Of a stretch of DNA of 64,000 nt, positions 19,952 to 29,152 are shown piece by piece. The DNA lies in the IMG/VR virus record IMGVR_UViG_3300042922_000542, positions 1 to 64,000 of that record. One strand, written 5' to 3'. Under the pieces are notes generated by a model, which saw only the letters and a list, made by a program, of their open reading frames with translations, ran no database searches and was not told where the DNA came from. Made by a program: the position numbers and the translations under genes. Position 1 is the stretch's first letter. Each line of letters opens with the position of its first letter.

Positions 19952-21224
19952 TGCATGAACACCCCTTTTCATTTATCATACGAGAAACTTTTTCTGTTAT
20001 TAATAATTCATGTAATTCTAATAAATGTTGTAGCGTTATTATTTGACCTTCCGTAAAATTATCAGTTAGAAGTCTACCCATTTCTTGCAAAACTGTAATT
20101 GAGACTTCGTGATCTCTATGAATTTTACCAAATAGTCGTTCATATACATAAATCGATAATTCCATTTCAACCTCTAATAATTTACAATACTTAGGAAAAC
20201 CATATGCGATATTTCCATTTTCTATATAATTAATAGCCATACAGCTCTTGCAGTTATAATTCTTACATTCAGAACATGCCTTGTATCCAGTCATATATTT
20301 TTTATACATCTCTTCATATGGTGCACATTTTAATGTATTTATACCATTAAATACATCACCAATTATAGTATCTGGGTCATTCATGAATGCATGGCATGGA
20401 TATATATAACCATCTGGAGCTACAGTGCAAAATGATACACCCGCACCGCATGTTTTATCGGCATGTCGCTCTTTATATACCATTGATGAAAATTGTTTAT
20501 AATTCCCTCCACTATTTTCACAATCCTCAATGATTGCATTGGCAATATGGGTATATTGCTCTCTAAATATAACATAATCATTTTCATCCCAATTCTCTTC
20601 ATGAAGAGGCATAAACCATATCTTATCAAATCTTAAGATATTTTTAAAGAAGATGTATGACTCATGTGCATATGGTAATGTTGCTTTGGTTATAACACTA
20701 TGCACTGATAATTTATTAGATGGAATGTCTAATTTATCAAATAATGCTCTAAGTTTTTTTATCGTCTCTATTATATTATGAGATGAACCATTACCCGCAT
20801 GATCAATTCTTTGCAGATCATTAATCCTAGGAATTGAATCAAATGATAATTGAATTGAAAAACTTTCAGGATTATTTACCCACCAATTGGTTAGAAATTG
20901 TTCGTATTCATTATTGTATAATACACCATTTGTTATCAATTCACTATTATATTTCAAACCATGTTTTTTACATTGATCCATAGCATAATTGAATATGTGG
21001 TTCATAGTATTTATATTGAGTGTAGGCTCCCCTCCAAAATATGACACACTAATACTTGTTTTATTATTAACTAAAGCATCATGGATAAGTAAATCAATTG
21101 TTTTTTCACCAATCTCATTACTCATAAATTTACCCTTTGATGAATTATTTTTTTCAAAACAATATTTACAATTAAGATTACATGTGTCTGTTAATAGTAT
21201 CGATGCACTCGTAAATGATGACAT
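19890..21224 (-). CDS. Radical SAM/SPASM maturase
   Basis: TDTCNLNCKYCFE, YFGGEP, ITNG; SPASM CGAG..GYIYPCHAF..CSECKNYNCKSC..YC. Confidence 0.92.
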   Translation of the reverse strand: MSSFTSASILLTDTCNLNCKYCFEKNNSSKGKFMSNEIGEKTIDLLIHDALVNNKTSISVSYFGGEPTLNINTMNHIFNYAMDQCKKHGLKYNSELITNGVLYNNEYEQFLTNWWVNNPESFSIQLSFDSIPRINDLQRIDHAGNGSSHNIIETIKKLRALFDKLDIPSNKLSVHSVITKATLPYAHESYIFFKNILRFDKIWFMPLHEENWDENDYVIFREQYTHIANAIIEDCENSGGNYKQFSSMVYKERHADKTCGAGVSFCTVAPDGYIYPCHAFMNDPDTIIGDVFNGINTLKCAPYEEMYKKYMTGYKACSECKNYNCKSCMAINYIENGNIAYGFPKYCKLLEVEMELSIYVYERLFGKIHRDHEVSITVLQEMGRLLTDNFTEGQIITLQHLLELHELLITEKVSRMINEKGCSCNDTCKNNNRTNGDDDIRCGA

Positions 21225-21285
21225 TTATTACGCCTCCTGATAATTATAGAAATTAATATTGTATGTTGTTTAAGATTCCTATATT

Positions 21286-21320
21286 TAAATAGTTAATCCG
21301 ATTGTCGGATTAACTATTTA
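21286..21320. terminator. Hairpin at end of tail-fibre gene
   Basis: TAAATAGTTAATCCGA-TTG-TCGGATTAACTATTTA. Confidence 0.7.
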
Positions 21321-23634
21321 AAATTAATATTTTTACTCTTTGAATATCTTCCGTATCTTTATTCTCTAATGCCTTACCTATTATAGATCCTGGAATACTT
21401 GATACTGAACTTTTTCCAACGCCTTTGATAGACGATGTTGTTATTAAATCTCCAGCTTTAACCTTGCCGGTAATATATGCAGATACTCTTCCTGTTAATC
21501 CTATAGGTATATTTCTTTCTAAGTTTTCCTCAGTGGTATATCCTTCTTCCAAACCTAATAAATATCCATATGTATCAGATACTACACCAACAACCAATGT
21601 CGAATATTCACCAGTGCTTTTTCGATAATTACCAGTTTCTGGATTTAATTCTATAATATCGCCAGGTTTAAAATCTTCAGACATATCATCCTTTTTAAAT
21701 AACTCGGCAACGTCACCCCATACTGCATTCTGAACTAAAGAGCCTGTTATGGTACCGGTAACTGTTAAATTACCAGTGATCGTTCCGCCAGTGAGTGGTA
21801 AATATGGATGGGTGTGTCCATTATCAGATTTATTATTCCATGCTGCTATTTGAGCATCTGTTACAAATCTATTAGTAGTATTTTGAGTTATAATCGATGC
21901 TGGGTGGCTCGCAGGATGTTGATATGAATATGGAGCGAGTTTAGATGCCAAAGCTTGTAGTTGTTCCACCGTGGATCTACTACTAATAGAATCGATTATA
22001 GTTGCAAATGATACATCAGTTGGTGCTGCAGCAGCACTAGTCATATTTCCTTTAATAGAAAATGCAGGTATATCTGCTAATTTTATATTCGTTACAGCTT
22101 TATCTCGTATTTTTGTAGTTAATATAGATAAATCTGCAATATTATAATCAGTTACAGCATTCATTTGAATTTTATGATTATTTACACAACCCTCACCCAA
22201 TTCATCGGAAGTTATAGTAAATGCAGCAATCTTTATACCAGTAACAGCCCTATCTGCAATAGCTGGCGTTTTAACGGACCCTTGCAATATATGATAATCG
22301 CGTATTGCATTACCAGCTATCTTTGAAGCAATGATCGTCCCATCTAATAAGTGATTATACATTACATTATTATCAGCTATATGTTCGGCAAGAATTGCAC
22401 CTGCTTTAATATCAACACTGTCCGCAACGGCTTTGTATGCTAAGTTTTGTAATCCTGTAACGTGTATTTCATCAACTACCGTACTGACATCACCATTTAT
22501 CATGTATGATATAGAACCATTATTTGAACCAGATCCTATCTCTATAGATTGTATAAATCTGCCATCAGCTTCAGCTTTACTGTATACATCTGTAGCCTGT
22601 GGTAGTGCTGCCACATTTATTGATAGACCGTTAGGTGTTTCAGAAAAATAAGTTGCATCATATTTTGATATTGTGAAATCCTGTATATCCCACCAATAAT
22701 TATCACCATCATGTTTACATGCAGCAATTGCACTATAATTAGAATTTTCTTTATTTTTAATCAGATATATATGTCTTTGTAATAATGGCGATGCCATCGG
22801 TAAATCTGAAACTTTATTTACAATATCAATAAATTCAACGTAGTCAGTTAAATCAGGTCCAACTATGGTATCAACATATGATGTCACGAAGTCAACTACT
22901 GCTTTAGATGATGGATATTTAACATCATCATAGTTTGTAGTATGTGATATAGTCACTGATTTGTTAGCAATATTTTCTTTAGCTGCAAATAATGGTCCAT
23001 GTGAAAATGGATTTGTCAAATGTGTTGTATAATCATTTAATAAATTAACCATTCTGGCATCTAGTAAATCAATACTATCGTTTAATTCAGTTTGTACATT
23101 AGATAATGCATTACGTATATCACTATGTGCTGTATTGCTAGTATCATGAATACCAATAATATTATTAATTGTATTTGAAACACTACCATCCGAATCTAAT
23201 TGATCTATTGTAACGTTGTGAGGATTATTAAAATTTGCAAGATGTGCGGTTAATGATGATAGGTCTATATTAAAATTATAATTTTCTAATATCGACATTA
23301 CTGCATTTCTCTGATTATATGATAATGGCTTCTCCAAATCAGATGTATTGTTAACCCGACCGAGTCCTATATCTTCAGATGTAATATTAATATCGCCGTA
23401 CATCCCATTTACAGATGTTACTGGGAATGTAATATATCCAATACCACCTTCTTTTATTTCTTCACGTATATCATCTAGTATTTGACGTAATGTTATTTCG
23501 TTCGCATCCTGTTGGTCATATATAGCATCTAATACACTTCTAGGCCAAATTATATCGGCCATACTAGTACTCGGATTATTCTCATCATCAAATACAATTT
23601 GATCGCGGATAACTTTATTCCTAATATTATTCAT
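21310..23634 (-). CDS. Tail fibre protein with C-terminal intramolecular-chaperone (peptidase G2-like) domain
   Basis: PVTSVNG..G, GLGRVNNTSDLEKP, NPHNVT, 10-aa IxxxAVTxxK repeats, HPASHPAS, HTHPYLPLTGGTITG; C-terminal DVAELF..PGD..VVGVVSD..GRV..GDL..IIGKALE; start ATG 23634 with AGGAGG. Confidence 0.85.
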   Translation of the reverse strand: MNNIRNKVIRDQIVFDDENNPSTSMADIIWPRSVLDAIYDQQDANEITLRQILDDIREEIKEGGIGYITFPVTSVNGMYGDINITSEDIGLGRVNNTSDLEKPLSYNQRNAVMSILENYNFNIDLSSLTAHLANFNNPHNVTIDQLDSDGSVSNTINNIIGIHDTSNTAHSDIRNALSNVQTELNDSIDLLDARMVNLLNDYTTHLTNPFSHGPLFAAKENIANKSVTISHTTNYDDVKYPSSKAVVDFVTSYVDTIVGPDLTDYVEFIDIVNKVSDLPMASPLLQRHIYLIKNKENSNYSAIAACKHDGDNYWWDIQDFTISKYDATYFSETPNGLSINVAALPQATDVYSKAEADGRFIQSIEIGSGSNNGSISYMINGDVSTVVDEIHVTGLQNLAYKAVADSVDIKAGAILAEHIADNNVMYNHLLDGTIIASKIAGNAIRDYHILQGSVKTPAIADRAVTGIKIAAFTITSDELGEGCVNNHKIQMNAVTDYNIADLSILTTKIRDKAVTNIKLADIPAFSIKGNMTSAAAAPTDVSFATIIDSISSRSTVEQLQALASKLAPYSYQHPASHPASIITQNTTNRFVTDAQIAAWNNKSDNGHTHPYLPLTGGTITGNLTVTGTITGSLVQNAVWGDVAELFKKDDMSEDFKPGDIIELNPETGNYRKSTGEYSTLVVGVVSDTYGYLLGLEEGYTTEENLERNIPIGLTGRVSAYITGKVKAGDLITTSSIKGVGKSSVSSIPGSIIGKALENKDTEDIQRVKILILNS

Positions 23635-23807
23635 TGTTATCATCCTCCTATATGTCATAAAATATAATTATTACTCTAATTTATATTAAACAAATGGTTT
23701 GAGTGCTGATGAAGAAAAGCAAAAAAATGAATTATTTAGATTATATATTATTCTATAAATATACCATAAAATCATATGGTATAATAAATAAAATGGAGGC
23801 ATCGCAG

Positions 23808-24179
23808 ATGAAAATATCAATTAAACGAGTATCACTTGAAAATAATATGGATGTTATAAACTATATAACTAAAGGTATGAGACCATCCAAAGAAGATTTC
23901 AATACAATGATAGGTAAAATACAGGCTGTAGATCCAAATCGAAATGTATTTAATACGAGTCTTAGTGTTGAAGAGTTAAAATTAATTTATGAGAATAAAA
24001 AAGAAAATGAGAATCGTGCAGCAATATTTGGATTATTACTAGCGTCGATGGCATTTTTATTTGGTGTTAAAAAGGGAAAAGAGGTTGGGTTTGAAGAATG
24101 CCGAGAACAATATGATGAAAGGGTAAACGATGCACTCGATTCGGCGGGACTTGGTAGAATAACGATTAAAACATTCTAA
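23808..24179 (+). CDS. Hypothetical membrane-anchored protein
   Basis: Start MKISIK after GGAGG; one hydrophobic segment AAIFGLLLASMAFLFGV. Confidence 0.65.
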   Translation: MKISIKRVSLENNMDVINYITKGMRPSKEDFNTMIGKIQAVDPNRNVFNTSLSVEELKLIYENKKENENRAAIFGLLLASMAFLFGVKKGKEVGFEECREQYDERVNDALDSAGLGRITIKTF

Positions 24180-24180
24180 A

Positions 24181-24211
24181 AAAATAAGGTGGTTAATAGC
24201 CACCTTATTTT
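24181..24211. terminator. Bidirectional terminator
   Basis: AAAATAAGGTGG-TTAATAG-CCACCTTATTTT. Confidence 0.85.
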
Positions 24212-24218
24212 ATTTTTT

Positions 24219-24449
24219 TTATTTTATATTAAGCATATTAATATTTGTATTAGCAGTGTTGACATATATTTTCATATCACCAATTAAAACTTTAAATATA
24301 GTCCCGCATGGGAGTAATGCTATACCAGCATCGCCTGTAAATTTTTGCCCGTTAGCTAATGTTATAACTGCAATGGGTCCTGATACTTCATCATTTTCTA
24401 TATCCAATCTTGCAGCAATAATAGGTATGTCTTTAATATTTGTACCCAT
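24219..24449 (-). CDS. Hypothetical protein
   Basis: Start MGTNIK overlapping the upstream TAA (TAATG). Confidence 0.55.
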   Translation of the reverse strand: MGTNIKDIPIIAARLDIENDEVSGPIAVITLANGQKFTGDAGIALLPCGTIFKVLIGDMKIYVNTANTNINMLNIK

Positions 24450-24736
24450 TAATTCATCCACCACCTATCATCTCGAATATTACCATCGTCTTTATCGTAG
24501 GTATTAAATATACTGGGTACTTCATGTTTATTATATGTATTATATGTATTTACTACTTCATTTTCATCATATGTTATATCATCATCACTATTAGAATCAC
24601 ATTCATTGGCCATTTCATCTTCTTCATATAATTTATCAATAAATAATTCACATGCCGATTGTTTTGTACATTCGTAGCATTCATTAGTAGTCGTTTTTAT
24701 ATTTAAATGTGTGCAATTGAATGCTAATCTATCCAT
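24449..24736 (-). CDS. Small acidic protein with Cys cluster
   Basis: MDRLAFNC.. after AAGGAG; C-x11-CxxC-x5-C. Confidence 0.6.
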   Translation of the reverse strand: MDRLAFNCTHLNIKTTTNECYECTKQSACELFIDKLYEEDEMANECDSNSDDDITYDENEVVNTYNTYNKHEVPSIFNTYDKDDGNIRDDRWWMN

Positions 24737-24756
24737 AATTACAACTCCTTGTGCCA

Positions 24757-25263
24757 TCATACCATTAATACAGAATCCATATTTTTTCTAGCGTATGTTA
24801 AAAATTTATATTGTAGACCTGTTGTAGATGTAAGAATTTCGCTAGATTTGACTAATTCGAATGTATCGTCATTAAAATTTGGCATGAATATATCGGCTTT
24901 AAATGTTGATTGTATTTGAGTGATCAATAATATGTCACACAAAGGGAGAAACTGTTTATATATCATGGAGCCTCCAATAACATATATGTCTTCATTAGAA
25001 TTCTTATATGCGTCATGGAACCCCTTAATTGAATCAAATTGTTCAATATCATCTCCAAGTAATGTGTCAGATGACGAGATAACTATATGATGCCTGTTTT
25101 TTAATGGCTTATGTAATGATTCATATGTACGTCTTCCCATCAATATTTTATGATGCTCCGTCATACATTTAAAATATCTAAGATCTTCTGGAAGACTCCA
25201 TGGCAATTTGCCATTGTTTCCAATTTCACGATTTAATCCCATTGCTCCAATCAATATAAACAT
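24757..25263 (-). CDS. folA: Dihydrofolate reductase
   Basis: IGNNGKLPW..EDLRYFK, LMGRRTYES, PLKNR, VIGGSMIY. Confidence 0.95.
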   Translation of the reverse strand: MFILIGAMGLNREIGNNGKLPWSLPEDLRYFKCMTEHHKILMGRRTYESLHKPLKNRHHIVISSSDTLLGDDIEQFDSIKGFHDAYKNSNEDIYVIGGSMIYKQFLPLCDILLITQIQSTFKADIFMPNFNDDTFELVKSSEILTSTTGLQYKFLTYARKNMDSVLMV

Positions 25264-25291
25264 AATTATCTCCTTATATATTTATTAATTA

Positions 25292-26080
25292 TTATACAGC
25301 AGCTTTACCTAGGTCAAGCTTGCCAGCATTTTGATAATTTTCTAAAACAAAGTCTTCAGCTTTAAATGCATAGAAATCGGTTGTATCATTTTTTATAATC
25401 AATTTTGGTGCATCATATCTAGGTCTTGTCAATTGTTCTTTTAATCCATCGATTTGATTTTCATAAATATGTGCATTATTTATTACATGAGTCAATGTGC
25501 CAACTTGTAAACCGCTCGATTGAGCTAACATGTGAACTAATACTGCAAATTGGCTAGTATTGAATGGCACACCTAATCCCCAGTCGGCACTACGTTGTAC
25601 CAACATACAATTCAGTTTACCCCATGCTACATCAAACATTGTTAAGAAACAACAAGGTGGAAGATTGCATTCAGGTAAATGTGGTATTTGCCATAAGTTT
25701 ACCATCATTCTTCTATCCTGTGGATTATTTCTTAAACTATCTAAAAGATTATCAATTTGATTGTACTTCTTAACAACAAATCCATATGATTCGCCGATTG
25801 TATTGTCTTCACGAGCCCATGAATCCCATATATGTATACCTTGGTTTTGTAATAAACTTACATCATTTGATTGCTGTTGATATATCCATAACATTTCTTT
25901 GACGGCAGTTTTAAATGCAACTGTTTTTGTAGTTAGTATAGGAAATTCCTCAGCTAAATTAAACTGCATTATTTGATGCGGCAATTTCCATGTTTTAATT
26001 CCAGTTCTGTTTTGATCAAAATATCCAGCATCAATAATGTTCTGTCCAATATTTAAATATTGATCATCGTATTTACTCAT
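25292..26080 (-). CDS. thyA: Thymidylate synthase
   Basis: RTG, FPILTTK, ExLW, LPPC, QRSAD.GLGVPFN, HIYEN. Confidence 0.96.
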   Translation of the reverse strand: MSKYDDQYLNIGQNIIDAGYFDQNRTGIKTWKLPHQIMQFNLAEEFPILTTKTVAFKTAVKEMLWIYQQQSNDVSLLQNQGIHIWDSWAREDNTIGESYGFVVKKYNQIDNLLDSLRNNPQDRRMMVNLWQIPHLPECNLPPCCFLTMFDVAWGKLNCMLVQRSADWGLGVPFNTSQFAVLVHMLAQSSGLQVGTLTHVINNAHIYENQIDGLKEQLTRPRYDAPKLIIKNDTTDFYAFKAEDFVLENYQNAGKLDLGKAAV

Positions 26081-26165
26081 AGTCTAGCTCCTTTATAAAA
26101 ATAATTTGTAAATTAATATTAAACGGGAAACCCCAATTATGAGGTTCCCCATTTTCTTATATTTT

Positions 26166-26735
26166 TTATTTTGTAATTACTTTGCCGCTCTGATCTCTTC
26201 TAACTTTTGTTTGAAGATGTGATGGCACTGGAGATTTAACTCTAACTTGAACGCTATCTTGAGTTGTTATTTCGGCTGTACCAACAACTTCTTTACTCTT
26301 GATATCACGAACTGTAATAGTCTTTGTTTTGCCTTTTACTGGCATTAAGTAAACTGATCCGCCAAAATCTTTTTGGTCAGCTAATGGTAATTTCTTACCA
26401 GTTCTCAACCACTCTGTTACAATTGCAGGTATCGCCTGAGCTAAACCGCTTGTAGCTATTTCGGATGTATTCAATACAGCAGCTTCTGATTTTTGTGGGT
26501 ATTTTGCATTGTCCAATGTTTTCTTCGCATCCGCAACAAATAATTCGCTTATGTTCTTTTCAACTTCTTTACCCTGAGCTTTATCATATGACTTAACCAT
26601 GAATTCTTTGTCATTAGCTAATGCATTTACAAAGGATCCAAATGTTTGAGATGAAAATGCTCCTTTTCCTGTAAGTGTTGTAGTGGCGTTATTTTCGCCT
26701 TTGATTTGTGTTAAAACTTCCATTACTGATTTCAT
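26166..26735 (-). CDS. Possible HU/IHF-like DNA-binding protein
   Basis: Basic C-half with helix followed by a beta-arm pattern (LRTGKKLPL..GSVYL..KTITVRDIK..EIT..VRVK). Confidence 0.4.
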   Translation of the reverse strand: MKSVMEVLTQIKGENNATTTLTGKGAFSSQTFGSFVNALANDKEFMVKSYDKAQGKEVEKNISELFVADAKKTLDNAKYPQKSEAAVLNTSEIATSGLAQAIPAIVTEWLRTGKKLPLADQKDFGGSVYLMPVKGKTKTITVRDIKSKEVVGTAEITTQDSVQVRVKSPVPSHLQTKVRRDQSGKVITK

Positions 26736-26875
26736 AATTTTTCCTCCTAGGATTTTTAATTGTATTTTAAGGACTTACACTACTAGTACTATGCTTAAAT
26801 ATTTTTAATATAAATAATATTTAATTGAAATACTTGCATGTATCCCTGTATCTTATTATAGAATATATAAGTATA

Positions 26876-26911
26876 TTTTAAGATAGCCGGAAGAACCCGG
26901 CTATCTTAAAA
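26876..26911. terminator. Terminator hairpin
   Basis: TTTTAAGATAGCCGG-AAGAAC-CCGGCTATCTTAAAA. Confidence 0.8.
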
Positions 26912-26918
26912 TCTAACA

Positions 26919-27338
26919 TTATTCCTTGCGAGACTGCTGTTCCTTCATCATATCTTTGAATTCATTTCCCATGTTTATTATTATATCATATTCCTTATTA
27001 GCATCTGCGATATCCTTTAATATATTACTATATTTAACTTCAATACTAGATATTCTTTCCATGATATCATTAATATCTGATTGTTGTATTTTAATATCCG
27101 AAAGGACTATTCTTAAAATTGCGTCAAGTTTTAGTAATGTCATTTCTTGAATGTAAATATCACGTTGACGATTTAATTCACTGATACGCTGTTTGATAGC
27201 TTTTTCTTTTTCCATGAATACTGTCTGTTCATCGATTTTGCTGAGCAGTTCACGTTGATCTTTTTGTATTAATAATGTTATAATAGAAAATATTCCTGTG
27301 AATAGGGCTACAATTACAGTTGCAACATTCGGATCCAT
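26919..27338 (-). CDS. Membrane-anchored coiled-coil protein (holin-like)
   Basis: N-terminal TM (VATVIVALFTGIFSIITLLI) plus coiled coil. Confidence 0.55.
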   Translation of the reverse strand: MDPNVATVIVALFTGIFSIITLLIQKDQRELLSKIDEQTVFMEKEKAIKQRISELNRQRDIYIQEMTLLKLDAILRIVLSDIKIQQSDINDIMERISSIEVKYSNILKDIADANKEYDIIINMGNEFKDMMKEQQSRKE

Positions 27339-27377
27339 AGATATATCAACCTTCTTTCCTTAAATATTCAAATCGTT

Positions 27378-27995
27378 CTAGCTATCACATGATGTCGTTA
27401 ACCGATATAATCTGATTAATGAACTAAAATAGTCTTGCCTATAGTTGATATATACCGTTATGGCTAATATTAGGACAAATACTATTAATAAATATGATAT
27501 TATAAATACAAACGAAAATTCATTTATTGCATCGAATTCCATGCTAAATACAATTAGAAGTCTCTTTGATCCATCATTGGTAGTTATCCAACTCCAAAAT
27601 ATATCCTCACTATGGTCATCTATAGTAAATTGATATTTCCCGGATTCTAAAGAATTTAATAATTTAAATAAATCAGAATTATCCTTGATACTGAAATCTT
27701 CAAATTGCTCTGGACAGGCTCGATGTAAATTATATTGTTCGTCATATATAGCTATTTTTCGATGAGGAATGTTGTCGATATATTCTATCATTGATGAACA
27801 CGTAGCGTCTATATCATTTGTATCAGAATTAATTATTATTGTCTTTAACATTGTCAGTACAGCAGAACTGCTATTATCTTTATAGCGTTCAATATAATTA
27901 TTCCACAATATCATTAAAATAATAACTAATAAATTTATCGCAACCACTGATAGAGCAATTGCCCATCTAATTAATTTAAGCCGCATTTTCCCCAT
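27378..27995 (-). CDS. Two-TM membrane protein with extracytoplasmic sensor-like domain
   Basis: TM near aa 10-32 and aa 160-184 flanking a soluble domain of about 125 aa. Confidence 0.6.
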   Translation of the reverse strand: MGKMRLKLIRWAIALSVVAINLLVIILMILWNNYIERYKDNSSSAVLTMLKTIIINSDTNDIDATCSSMIEYIDNIPHRKIAIYDEQYNLHRACPEQFEDFSIKDNSDLFKLLNSLESGKYQFTIDDHSEDIFWSWITTNDGSKRLLIVFSMEFDAINEFSFVFIISYLLIVFVLILAITVYINYRQDYFSSLIRLYRLTTSCDS

Positions 27996-28096
27996 AAAGT
28001 TTGAACCACCCCATCTATGCTTTTTAATATCATTTTATATTAATATTCTGTGATTATCTATAGAGCCCACATTTTGTTTAAATTAAAATTAAAAAA

Positions 28097-28124
28097 TTAT
28101 GAGGGGAGTTGTATCCCCTCATAA
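28097..28124. terminator. Terminator hairpin
   Basis: TTATGAGGGGA-GTTGTA-TCCCCTCATAA. Confidence 0.8.
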
Positions 28125-28127
28125 CTT

Positions 28128-29066
28128 TTATCTCGCATATAATCTATAAATTGCTTCTATCTCATCACCTTCATCTAATATGATTGAGGATCTTGTAAAA
28201 TGAGTAAATAATCTTAAACTTTCATAGTCTCGTATTTCATTATTATACCAGCCGGTCACTAACCCAATTTCATTAATTCTAGGTGTTGTACCACTCTGTG
28301 TAAAATATCCTTTACCATCTTTATTATTGATACTCCAATTCATTTCAACATATGACTCTATAGGAATTGATGAGGTTGATGCATATACCGAATCGTCAAC
28401 CAATTCAGATTCATCACCATTTTCAGTTACCCACGCGTGTACTATATGAGGTTTTGGATCATCAAATCTCTTAACATAGTATGATGTTACACCATTGAGA
28501 TCCTGATATTTACCAAAGTATTTTTCCTGATCAATCGTGGTACCATCATTACTCATTCTAAATGGGATTGCATGAAATAGTGTACGACGTTTATAGTCAG
28601 TAGCAATTGCTGTAACATTATCCTCTTTAGCACCACCATCCCCACACATAAACCCAAATATGAAGTTCATTGCAGAAATATTAACCCCTGCATTAATAGC
28701 AGATCCCGGTTGTGATCCATTTATTTCAGCATTAAACGATGATGATTTATACAATGCCTTAGGTATACCTATTTTCATTTGTGGAGCTTCCTCATTTAAG
28801 TCACCAACTCTTAATGTGGTTTCTTCATCTAAACCGATATTAAATAATTTATTAAATACAAATTGATATGCACCTATTGGGATAATATTATTTTCTCTGA
28901 ATAATACCTCACCTAATTTTGATCTATAGGATTTATTACCGAACGGATCAATAAATTCTTCAGTTATTCTATTTCTCCCAACGATCAATTCTCCCCTAAG
29001 GCCACTACCTAAATACTCCTTACTCAACGTTAAACGATCTGATATATTAATTAGACTCTCATACAT
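28128..29066 (-). CDS. Virion structural protein (baseplate/fibre-attachment-like)
   Basis: Pattern N.I...G, GxGDGG, IPFR, YYVKRF, INEIGL, IYRLY typical of baseplate proteins. Confidence 0.5.
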   Translation of the reverse strand: MYESLINISDRLTLSKEYLGSGLRGELIVGRNRITEEFIDPFGNKSYRSKLGEVLFRENNIIPIGAYQFVFNKLFNIGLDEETTLRVGDLNEEAPQMKIGIPKALYKSSSFNAEINGSQPGSAINAGVNISAMNFIFGFMCGDGGAKEDNVTAIATDYKRRTLFHAIPFRMSNDGTTIDQEKYFGKYQDLNGVTSYYVKRFDDPKPHIVHAWVTENGDESELVDDSVYASTSSIPIESYVEMNWSINNKDGKGYFTQSGTTPRINEIGLVTGWYNNEIRDYESLRLFTHFTRSSIILDEGDEIEAIYRLYAR

Positions 29067-29152
29067 GATAATTAATTTCCTTTCTTATAATAATTTCTTT
29101 TTATTGTAAAGTCAGTTATATAATATAACTTATATTACGGAGGTAACTCATA

